DNA of 33,717 bases from a virus (taxonomy: Duplodnaviria; Caudoviricetes). The DNA lies in the IMG/VR virus record IMGVR_UViG_3300031890_000033, positions 1-33,717 of that record; one strand, written 5' to 3'. Positions 17,505 to 23,739 of this stretch are shown here, in pieces (the first letter of the stretch is position 1; each line of letters starts with the position of its first letter). The notes under the pieces were generated by a model. That model saw nothing but the letters and a program-made list of their open reading frames with translations, made no database searches and was not told the DNA's origin. The translations under genes and the position numbers were made by a program.

Positions 17505-17981
17505 TTAAAACGGCTGTGTTGCCTCATATGCTTCTTTCTTGGTCATCTTAATTGTTTGTGGCAGCCTGTTGTATGCACCAATCACCAGTTGCGCGATTGG
17601 TTCACCATCATTGCTATCCTTATGTTCAGGTAGTGCTCTGGCCATTAGCCTCATGGCTTCAATGGTCACATCATACGCGATTCTGTAAATTTCCTTGAAC
17701 ATCTCACCAAGTTCTGAACCATCTTGCGGTGCAAGACCTCCATGCCCCACTAAATCACGCAGCGGTGGTGGAGCTGATTCATCTTTGAATTCAGCTATGA
17801 CCTGGCCTGTTTGTGTATCGACCAAATCCCAGCCAGATGGCTGGTACTGCTTTTCGCCTTTGGCATCTTGATAATGCTTACCAGTTCGTCGTTGAATCTG
17901 TATGCTGTGAATAATGCCTTCATGCCAACCAGCTGGTGGTTCGTTACTGGCTGGCTGTATTGGCTGTCGTTTACGCCACAT
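17505..17981 (-). CDS. hypothetical protein
   Basis: Start reassigned to ATG 17981 (TAATG overlap). Confidence 0.65.
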   Translation of the reverse strand: MWRKRQPIQPASNEPPAGWHEGIIHSIQIQRRTGKHYQDAKGEKQYQPSGWDLVDTQTGQVIAEFKDESAPPPLRDLVGHGGLAPQDGSELGEMFKEIYRIAYDVTIEAMRLMARALPEHKDSNDGEPIAQLVIGAYNRLPQTIKMTKKEAYEATQPF

Positions 17982-18283
17982 TAAAATGTGCCTGTACGTG
18001 GGTTCACCCTTAATCCTGGGCTTGATGGCCAAACTGGCCCGTATGTCGGTTTATTCCATGGGCACCCGCCAACGGGCGAACTTGGGTCGCACCATTTACC
18101 TTGGCCACCCCATTGATTGATTTCATAGCACATATTGCCAAATGGCGCGGCTGGATATTCCGTTGAACAGTAATTGGTGTTGCCTGGTGATGCGTTTGCT
18201 TGCTGGGTTGGTGCGATGAAAAGCATGCTTTGCATGATGCCGCCGGTTAGGGCGGCATATGCGGCTATTTTTGTCTTGTTCAT
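17981..18283 (-). CDS. putative secreted protein
   Basis: Signal peptide (basic N-terminus, hydrophobic core, ANA/SP cleavage) and four Cys. Confidence 0.65.
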   Translation of the reverse strand: MNKTKIAAYAALTGGIMQSMLFIAPTQQANASPGNTNYCSTEYPAAPFGNMCYEINQWGGQGKWCDPSSPVGGCPWNKPTYGPVWPSSPGLRVNPRTGTF

Positions 18284-18484
18284 TTAATTTTGGGCTCCTC
18301 TCGTGGTTGAAGCGGGCTTTTGCTCGTTGCAACCTTGCCAGATTTCATATTCCTTGATCCACTTGTGTGGCTTCTCAAAAAAGTACACCACATCTGTCGC
18401 TGCATTAAGATAGCCAGCGTCAATCAGAATTGTAGCAAACTCGCATAGCCCATCAAGTGTTTGCGGCATTTGCATTATTGTCAT
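18284..18484 (-). CDS. hypothetical protein
   Basis: Contains V.YFFEKPHKW..EY..W; coupled to neighbours. Confidence 0.65.
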   Translation of the reverse strand: MTIMQMPQTLDGLCEFATILIDAGYLNAATDVVYFFEKPHKWIKEYEIWQGCNEQKPASTTRGAQN

Positions 18485-18669
18485 ACTATCTCCTCAATTA
18501 GTTTGATAATGATGTGTGCCAGCAACTTTTCTTGGGTTGTTGAGTTGCTTGCTGTTGTAATGTGGCCAGCTGTCCACTTGAGTTCTGCGAGCCTTTCTTC
18601 ACGCAGTATTGCTGGGCATTCATGGAAAGCCTCAGCAATTAATGGGTTCACCCCATCTTGATGAGTCAT
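18481..18669 (-). CDS. hypothetical protein
   Basis: 62 aa with ATGA overlaps on both sides. Confidence 0.6.
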   Translation of the reverse strand: MTHQDGVNPLIAEAFHECPAILREERLAELKWTAGHITTASNSTTQEKLLAHIIIKLIEEIV

Positions 18670-19070
18670 GAAACTTCTGCTTCCTTTTTGTTTTGTTCTG
18701 CCCTTTCGGCTGCTTCGTTGTGAACTTTACGAACCACCTCATCGTGGTTGTCTTCACCAATTGAGTCCACAATCGCGTCTACGCACTTATCGCATAAGTA
18801 CGCTGGCGTGCAGCTTGGGTCGTGTTGGTTTTTCTTGGCATCCTCTCGCAGAATACGGGTCTCAGTCCAATATGTCTGGGACCTTGGTCCACCCGCCACG
18901 AGCCATAGCCGGCCCATTTTGTCGTGGTCTCTGTATGGCTCAATACCATACCGAATGCCGCGTTCTGCGGCTGCTTTGATGGCGTCTTCCAGAACGGAAT
19001 TGCCATGGCTAAGATGCTTTGCAAGCACCTCGATCGTTGGGGTTGTTGCTGGGGTTACTGTTGCATTCAT
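18666..19070 (-). CDS. hypothetical protein
   Basis: 134 aa, GAGAGGAACCCC RBS. Confidence 0.72.
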   Translation of the reverse strand: MNATVTPATTPTIEVLAKHLSHGNSVLEDAIKAAAERGIRYGIEPYRDHDKMGRLWLVAGGPRSQTYWTETRILREDAKKNQHDPSCTPAYLCDKCVDAIVDSIGEDNHDEVVRKVHNEAAERAEQNKKEAEVS

Positions 19071-19081
19071 TGGGGTTCCTC

Positions 19082-19471
19082 TCAGGATAGCTCTGCTTTT
19101 AGCAGGGCCATTTCGATTTCAATTGCCTTGAGCTCTTTCTGTATTTGCTCTTGGCTCTTGCCTTGTTTAGTTGTTGATTTAGTTGTGTTACCGTTGTTGT
19201 CTATGTCGTTGTCTTGGTCGTTGTCTATACTTTGCAGCTTGCCGGCATAGAACTGGTGGTGCCTATCTCTGGACCGTTTTCTGTACGGCCCAAATGGTAG
19301 GTCTATGTGGTTGAGCGTTTCGTTATCGGTGGAGTTAGGCCCGAATCGCACGGTACATAGGTATTTGGGGTAGCCGTGTGGAGTTACCCCATCTACCTCC
19401 ATGCCGATAATTTCAGCATGGCCACCATAACCTTTTACCGTTACGATGTCGCCGATCTGAAACTTGGCCAT
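19082..19471 (-). CDS. hypothetical protein (SH3-like N-terminus, C-terminal coiled coil)
   Basis: Begins MAKFQIGDIVTVKG; start at the TAATG overlap 19471. Confidence 0.65.
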   Translation of the reverse strand: MAKFQIGDIVTVKGYGGHAEIIGMEVDGVTPHGYPKYLCTVRFGPNSTDNETLNHIDLPFGPYRKRSRDRHHQFYAGKLQSIDNDQDNDIDNNGNTTKSTTKQGKSQEQIQKELKAIEIEMALLKAELS

Positions 19472-19722
19472 TACCGCCAACTGCCTGGCAGTAATGTGTC
19501 TCGGAATGCTCCACGGCCCCATACGTTATTGCGAAACGTTTCATGCAATGGGCTGAGCGCCGGTAGTGGCTTCCTTGTTGGATCGTCGTTGAATAGGTTG
19601 TCACAGAAGTCAAACGTTTTCTGCAACATTTCGCGATCTGCGATTTGTGTTGCCGGTTTGTGGCATTCCGCCAGCATGGCGCATACGCCGCATTCACATT
19701 TACTGTTTGCCACGGTTTTCAT
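19471..19722 (-). CDS. hypothetical Cys-rich protein, first gene of the major leftward operon
   Basis: CECGVC; GAGAGGAACCC RBS; lies downstream of promoter 19795-19823. Confidence 0.65.
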   Translation of the reverse strand: MKTVANSKCECGVCAMLAECHKPATQIADREMLQKTFDFCDNLFNDDPTRKPLPALSPLHETFRNNVWGRGAFRDTLLPGSWR

Positions 19723-19794
19723 TGTTGGGTTCCTCTCTGATTTTTACTTTTTTCTCTCTTTTGTTTTGCTCTAGAACCTCGGGCTATAAGCCCG

Positions 19795-19823
19795 AGTCTA
19801 GTCGCGATCCGTCTGAAAGTAAA
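19795..19823 (-). promoter_or_regulatory. promoter TTTACT-N17-TAGACT with overlapping inverted repeats
   Basis: Same family as the promoters at 7975 and 16140. Confidence 0.72.
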
Positions 19824-19870
19824 GACTTCAGACCCGTTTTTAAAAAACTGCTTAGTTCAGTCGAACATTT

Positions 19871-20164
19871 TTACTTTTTAGCGGTTTGCGTATCGAATAC
19901 TGCAAATCGCTCGAATGTAGTCTTGGATAGATCTGATGCTTCCGCCCAATTGTCTACTAACATAAAATTATTGTTTCTGATTGCACAGTTAGCGTCATGT
20001 ATGGTATCATAAATCTCTGAACATATCGGATGATCTATATCTTTGGGAGTTACTGTGTTTATGTAAACACGTAGCTTAATACCAAATCCGATATATCTAG
20101 GTAAGCCATAATGATTTGGATCTTTAACTTTTACTACTTTACCAAATATGTTTTTCTTAGGCAT
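19871..20164 (-). CDS. hypothetical protein (AT-rich)
   Basis: Likely start ATG 20164 (MPKKNIF). Confidence 0.55.
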   Translation of the reverse strand: MPKKNIFGKVVKVKDPNHYGLPRYIGFGIKLRVYINTVTPKDIDHPICSEIYDTIHDANCAIRNNNFMLVDNWAEASDLSKTTFERFAVFDTQTAKK

Positions 20165-20426
20165 CAGGACGGCGTCCAATTAAGTTCCATTCTGGATTTT
20201 CACTGTCAACTGCGATGGCTTTGGCGTTTAATAAATCATCATATGATGAAAAGTGTTCTAGAGTAACGTGATGCGTATTAAACCACCAATCTTTTGGCAT
20301 TAAAACTGCTGGATTTGGTTTTTGGCTTACATAAAGTAATTTGTTATTCTTGTCATAGAATCTCCAAAGTGAGTACTTTAGTTGTTTTGGTTTGATTATG
20401 TCTGGGTCAAACAGTTCAATGTCCAT
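20157..20426 (-). CDS. degenerate GIY-YIG-like protein, probably leaderless
   Basis: LWRFYD....LLYV...P......WW......LEHF.S..D...A...A...E.P.WN. ATG 20426 lies 6 nt after a TATAAT. Confidence 0.6.
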   Translation of the reverse strand: MDIELFDPDIIKPKQLKYSLWRFYDKNNKLLYVSQKPNPAVLMPKDWWFNTHHVTLEHFSSYDDLLNAKAIAVDSENPEWNLIGRRPDA

Positions 20427-20432
20427 ATATTT

Positions 20433-20461
20433 ATTATACCTTATATACATCGAAAAGTCTA
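20433..20461 (-). promoter_or_regulatory. promoter TAGACT-N17-TATAAT (leaderless transcript)
   Basis: Consensus -10, 17-bp spacer, ATG 6 nt downstream. Confidence 0.65.
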
Positions 20462-20467
20462 ATTGAA

Positions 20468-20710
20468 GTTATCGAATAACCCATCTACCTCGAAAATAAC
20501 GAATAACCGAGTTATCTCGATTTCTTGCAAGTGAAAATTGCGATAAACGATAACTTATTTCTTATTCTTTATATTTATTTTTTACATATTATAGCTAGGA
20601 AAGGTTATCGGTTATGTAAGCCTTTGGACAATTGGAAAAGAGCTGGTAGATGTCGGTTTTCGAGAAATAACTTTGTTCGAGTTTGCTCGGTTACCTAAGT
20701 TATCGGACCC
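20468..20710. repeat. AT-rich segment with repeated GTTATC / (GA)ATAAC motifs in both orientations
   Basis: Examples: GTTATCGAATAAC, AATAACGAATAACCGAGTTATC, CGATAAACGATAAC, GGTTATCGGTTAT. A T-rich tract lies at about 20555-20590. Confidence 0.55.
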
Positions 20711-20781
20711 CATCGTAGACACACCAAAACGCCCACGCTGGCCCACACCACGCGTAACACAAAATTTTGGCGCAGGCGGGT

Positions 20782-21003
20782 GATCAGAACATGCGTGTGG
20801 CTTGTTTAGCACAGATCAGAACATCGTACCGGCTTGATATCCAAGATCGGAACATGCGTAATTGTTTGGGCACATCAGAACTTGCGGTTAGCGCCGAATC
20901 AGAAGATCGTGCCGGCCACGAGCAGAACTTAGTTCAGCTAACGGATCAGAACTTAGTTCAGCTAACGGATCAGAACTTAGTTCAGCTAACGATCAGAACT
21001 TAG
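20782..21003 (+). repeat. iteron-like array: nine GATCAGAAC-like motifs, the last part a 24-bp tandem repeat (CAGAACTTAGTTCAGCTAACGGAT, about 3.4 copies)
   Basis: Motif starts at 20782, 20814, 20845, 20873, 20897, 20920, 20944, 20968 and 20991. Tandem units span 20923-21003. Confidence 0.85.
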
Positions 21004-21019
21004 GCAAGGCTCTCCTTGC

Positions 21020-21085
21020 TCGAACGAATGTTCGATCGAACGCACGTTCGAGGTCGAAAGTTTGTTCGATCGAATGGACGTTCGA
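21020..21085. promoter_or_regulatory. four tandem actinobacterial LexA (SOS) boxes TCGAAC-N4-GTTCGA
   Basis: 21020-35 TCGAACgaatGTTCGA and 21036-51 TCGAACgcacGTTCGA are perfect; 21054-69 TCGAAAgtttGTTCGA and 21070-85 TCGAATggacGTTCGA have one mismatch each. Confidence 0.8.
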
Positions 21086-21129
21086 GAAATTCTCTTAGAA
21101 AACTCTTAGGAAAAAATCGCGAGAAAACG

Positions 21130-21158
21130 TCGACTTTCTCTTCGAACGCGCGTATATT
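21130..21158 (+). promoter_or_regulatory. promoter TCGACT-N17-TATATT
   Basis: 17-bp spacer starting TTC like the leftward early promoters; an A-tract lies upstream. Confidence 0.65.
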
Positions 21159-21204
21159 CGTAATCGAGGGCGAAAAAGATTCGCTCCGAACGGAAGGAAA
21201 TACC

Positions 21205-21558
21205 GTGGCAGTTAAAAGTATCGTCTCGGAGTTCGTTAACGAGACCGACGAGAGTTCCGCTCGTTTCTACCTCGCGAAGCTCGCCGAGAGCGGAGTTAAC
21301 CCCGACGAACTTACCTTCGTCGAACTCGTCGCCGTAACCCGTAAGTGGCACGGCGAGTGGCAGCGTAGCGACGCTCGTCGCGACGAGCGCGACGCGATCG
21401 CCGAAGCGCGCGAAGCGGAGCGTAAAGCCGAACGGCTCGCGAATCTCGCGAAAAAGCGCGACTCTCTCGTCGCGGCCGCGAAGCGCGACGCCGAACGGGC
21501 CGCGAAGCGCGAGGCGGCTCTCGCCGAACTCGCCGAAGCGGGTCTACTCGATTCGTAA
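21205..21558 (+). CDS. 117-aa HxEWQ/coiled-coil protein encoded by a TG/CA-depleted gene
   Basis: GTG start with GGAAGGA RBS, own promoter and terminator; similar to the 7461-7904 product. Confidence 0.8.
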   Translation: MAVKSIVSEFVNETDESSARFYLAKLAESGVNPDELTFVELVAVTRKWHGEWQRSDARRDERDAIAEAREAERKAERLANLAKKRDSLVAAAKRDAERAAKREAALAELAEAGLLDS

Positions 21559-21567
21559 TCGCGAACG

Positions 21568-21600
21568 GCTCGCGGGTCGCGCTTAGCGCGGCTCGCGAGC
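21568..21600 (+). other. 15-bp GC-rich RNA hairpin in the 3' UTR
   Basis: GCTCGCGGGTCGCGC-TTA-GCGCGGCTCGCGAGC, with two G.U pairs on the plus strand. Confidence 0.65.
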
Positions 21601-21612
21601 TCTCCCGAAAAG

Positions 21613-21650
21613 ATTCCACCGGTCCCTCCATAGGCCGGTGGAATTTTTTT
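21613..21650 (+). terminator. intrinsic terminator
   Basis: ATTCCACCGG...CCGGTGGAAT stem followed by a T-run. Confidence 0.8.
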
Positions 21651-21767
21651 GGGGGGAGGGGTTCATTGTCGCGGTGCACGCCGGACCGATCGTGTGTAGG
21701 TTCAAGGCAACACTTAGCCTATCTAAGTAATGTAGCGGAATATAACTGAAAGGCGTATAATCTAAGT

Positions 21768-22226
21768 ATGATCCCTGTCACCGGCTACTCCGGTTGGTCG
21801 GTTGATGAGTATGGTAATGCTTATGAGAATGGTGTATTAGTACCGGGCCACGCTCAGGATAGCGGTCATATACTTCTCGGTCACTTCAAGTACCGGCGCG
21901 CTATCCTTGTGTGCACAGCATTCCATGGACCGCCTCCAGAGCATGATTCAATGGCGTGTCACAAAGATGATGTAGGTGGCAACGATATCCCAAGTAACCT
22001 GTACTGGGGCAATGCTTCAAGCAACGCCAGGGATGCATGGCGTAATGGCAGGCGCGCAGCTTGCGGATCAAAAGCATCAGGTTCAAAACTCATCGAAGAA
22101 CAAGTCATAGAAATCAGACACATATATCCATCAATGTCACGTAAACAATTAGCCAAGATGTATGGCGTTAGCGGTATAACAATTCATCACATCATTAACC
22201 GGGTAACATGGACACACGTGCCATGA
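21768..22226 (+). CDS. HNH homing endonuclease (I-HmuI/NUMOD4-like) with C-terminal HTH, probably leaderless
   Basis: LVCTAFHGPPP....ACHKDD...ND..SNLYWG..SSN..D. TATAAT at 21756-61 is 6 nt before the ATG. Confidence 0.85.
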   Translation: MIPVTGYSGWSVDEYGNAYENGVLVPGHAQDSGHILLGHFKYRRAILVCTAFHGPPPEHDSMACHKDDVGGNDIPSNLYWGNASSNARDAWRNGRRAACGSKASGSKLIEEQVIEIRHIYPSMSRKQLAKMYGVSGITIHHIINRVTWTHVP

Positions 22227-22278
22227 AAAAATTTGCACAGACTCTATAGCATTGCTTAGCCTAGCTAAGTAATTCAAG

Positions 22279-22689
22279 ATGGCGTATACTCGAAGTATGT
22301 CGAGGAATCCATTTCTTCCGTGCAACGAGGAAACAGAGTTCAGCTTTGGCGCTGGCCGATTCCCTAATCCAGCCATTGACTTCAGCCAAGGCTCCCAATC
22401 CGTCAACGATCCGCTTGCCTCTAACTCAGGCTCAGGCTTTCAACTAGCAGACCCAGACAAATGGCAGCAGCAACTTGACCTGGCGGCAGCCAAGCGTACA
22501 GATTTAGGCGACCCAAGAAGTCAACCCACGCCAAGCTTCCAGGGTGGTCGTGGCCAGCACCCAGAGTATTACAGCTACGGCAATACAGATCGCTATGGCG
22601 CTAGCCCTCCGCTTATTAGGCAACGCAAATGGCCAAAGGCCGTGCGCTGGGTCTATGACTTCCCCTCCTGGATGCAACGGCAATGGTGA
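22279..22689 (+). CDS. hypothetical protein
   Basis: 136 aa, low complexity, on the late-arm strand. Confidence 0.55.
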   Translation: MAYTRSMSRNPFLPCNEETEFSFGAGRFPNPAIDFSQGSQSVNDPLASNSGSGFQLADPDKWQQQLDLAAAKRTDLGDPRSQPTPSFQGGRGQHPEYYSYGNTDRYGASPPLIRQRKWPKAVRWVYDFPSWMQRQW

Positions 22690-22797
22690 TAAACAAAAGT
22701 AAGCACTGCGCCCCTATATGCCCTGGCGGGGATACAGATTATCTGGGTCATTGCATTCATAATATGGCACAGGAGGTACCCGGTCAAAGGTCCAACC

Positions 22798-22944
22798 ATG
22801 CCGGGTAAACAAGTCAAGAACTGGTCAATGTACCATAAGCTACGTGCGAAGGGTCACACCAAAGAGTCGGCAGCCAGAATTACTAACGCAGTCCATAGCG
22901 TACATGGCAGAAGCAAGAGCAAGCGCAAACGGAGTAGGCGGTAA
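22798..22944 (+). CDS. small basic protein (48 aa, not in ORF track)
   Basis: MPGKQVKNWSMYHKLRAKGHTKESAARITNAVHSVHGRSKSKRKRSRR; the Y..LR..G.SKE.AARI.N pattern is recalled from small actinobacterial proteins. Confidence 0.65.
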   Translation: MPGKQVKNWSMYHKLRAKGHTKESAARITNAVHSVHGRSKSKRKRSRR

Positions 22945-22946
22945 CT

Positions 22947-23006
22947 ATGGCTAAATGCAAAACTAAGACAAAGACAAAAACTAAAGTCAAAGTCAGGAAG
23001 CGTTAG
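22947..23006 (+). CDS. 19-aa Lys/Thr-rich peptide (not in ORF track)
   Basis: MAKCKTKTKTKTKVKVRKR exactly fills the gap between two ORFs. Confidence 0.4.
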   Translation: MAKCKTKTKTKTKVKVRKR

Positions 23007-23008
23007 TA

Positions 23009-23509
23009 ATGCCTGGCGTAAATGAACAGCAGAGGCTCGAAGTCACAGGTGGTCCAGGTAGCGGCAACTTTATGCTTCAGTTCAACGGCGTATGGGCGCC
23101 CACAAGTATTAAGTACCATCCAGCGGCGGGTGATATGAAGACCTACCTTGAAAGCATTCCAACTATTGGCCCAGGTAACGTCATGGTTGGCAAGGAAAGC
23201 AACTGGGTTTACCTTATTGATTTTGTTAACCAGCTAGGCGAGCAAGACGTGCCGCAGCTTGTAGTGGATTATAGCGGCTTGCCTGGTGGATGTACAGTGC
23301 TTATCACGACTACGCTTGAAGGCTTAAGCGATAATGCGCCACCGGCTAATGTAGACCAAGCCGTAGTCGAAGCTGGCATATTTTTGCACAGGTTATGGCG
23401 GAGACAAGCAGACCTCAAAAGGGATGAACTAGAAGGAGTTCTGCGTGACTTACAACCATACATACCGTACACAGGTGACCCGCCAACGCCAATAGGCCCA
23501 ATAGGATAA
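23009..23509 (+). CDS. virion structural/decoration-like protein
   Basis: NEQQ.L.VTG.P.SG.F.L.FNG....I.Y......K..LE.I..IG.GNV.V, a domain recalled from actinophage virion proteins. Confidence 0.6.
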   Translation: MPGVNEQQRLEVTGGPGSGNFMLQFNGVWAPTSIKYHPAAGDMKTYLESIPTIGPGNVMVGKESNWVYLIDFVNQLGEQDVPQLVVDYSGLPGGCTVLITTTLEGLSDNAPPANVDQAVVEAGIFLHRLWRRQADLKRDELEGVLRDLQPYIPYTGDPPTPIGPIG

Positions 23510-23561
23510 GCAGCTGTTACGCGAACTAGAACCACGGAGACCTCAAGAATGGAGTACACAA

Positions 23562-23711
23562 GTGAACGACGAAATGCGGTCACTCATTGTGGACTGGCAC
23601 GACGCGAACGAAGCCGGATGCTGCGACTATGACGGGCCATACTGCGGCGAGTCGAAAGCCTGGGCACGCGGTTGGCTGGCGGGCCAGGCGGCGATGGATG
23701 CCGATGAGTGA
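23562..23711 (+). CDS. small protein (49 aa, not in ORF track)
   Basis: GTG start with GGAG RBS; MNDEMRSLIVDWHDANEAGCCDYDGPYCGESKAWARGWLAGQAAMDADE. Confidence 0.5.
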   Translation: MNDEMRSLIVDWHDANEAGCCDYDGPYCGESKAWARGWLAGQAAMDADE

Positions 23712-23739
23712 TGTAAGCAGCAAACAAAATAGGTGAGCA

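Noticed and set aside
275-20012. Numerous plus-strand ORFs in the left arm (e.g. 10651-11190, 16008-16637) and minus-strand ORFs in the right arm
   Set aside because: They are antisense shadows of tightly coupled genes, with no RBS or recognisable motifs.
20150-20310. Peptide AVLMPK present in two adjacent ORF translations
   Set aside because: The underlying DNA differs and one copy lies mostly upstream of the probable start codon, so it is likely coincidence.
20782-21003. CRISPR array
   Set aside because: The conserved motif is only about 9 bp, the proximal units are identical tandem copies without unique spacers, and there is no cas operon.
20612-21003. ORFs 20612-20812 (-) and 20767-21003 (+)
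   Set aside because: They have no RBS and merely translate the repeat and control region (QNLVQLTD repeats).
21016-21204. N-terminal extension of the 180-aa ORF called from 21016
   Set aside because: The segment contains the SOS boxes and promoter, and the RBS supports GTG 21205. The frame may stay open partly because TGA is absent from TG-poor DNA.
22686-22808. Possible 40-aa ORF (MINKSKHCAPICP...)
   Set aside because: It fills a gap but has no RBS or recognisable motif, so support is insufficient.
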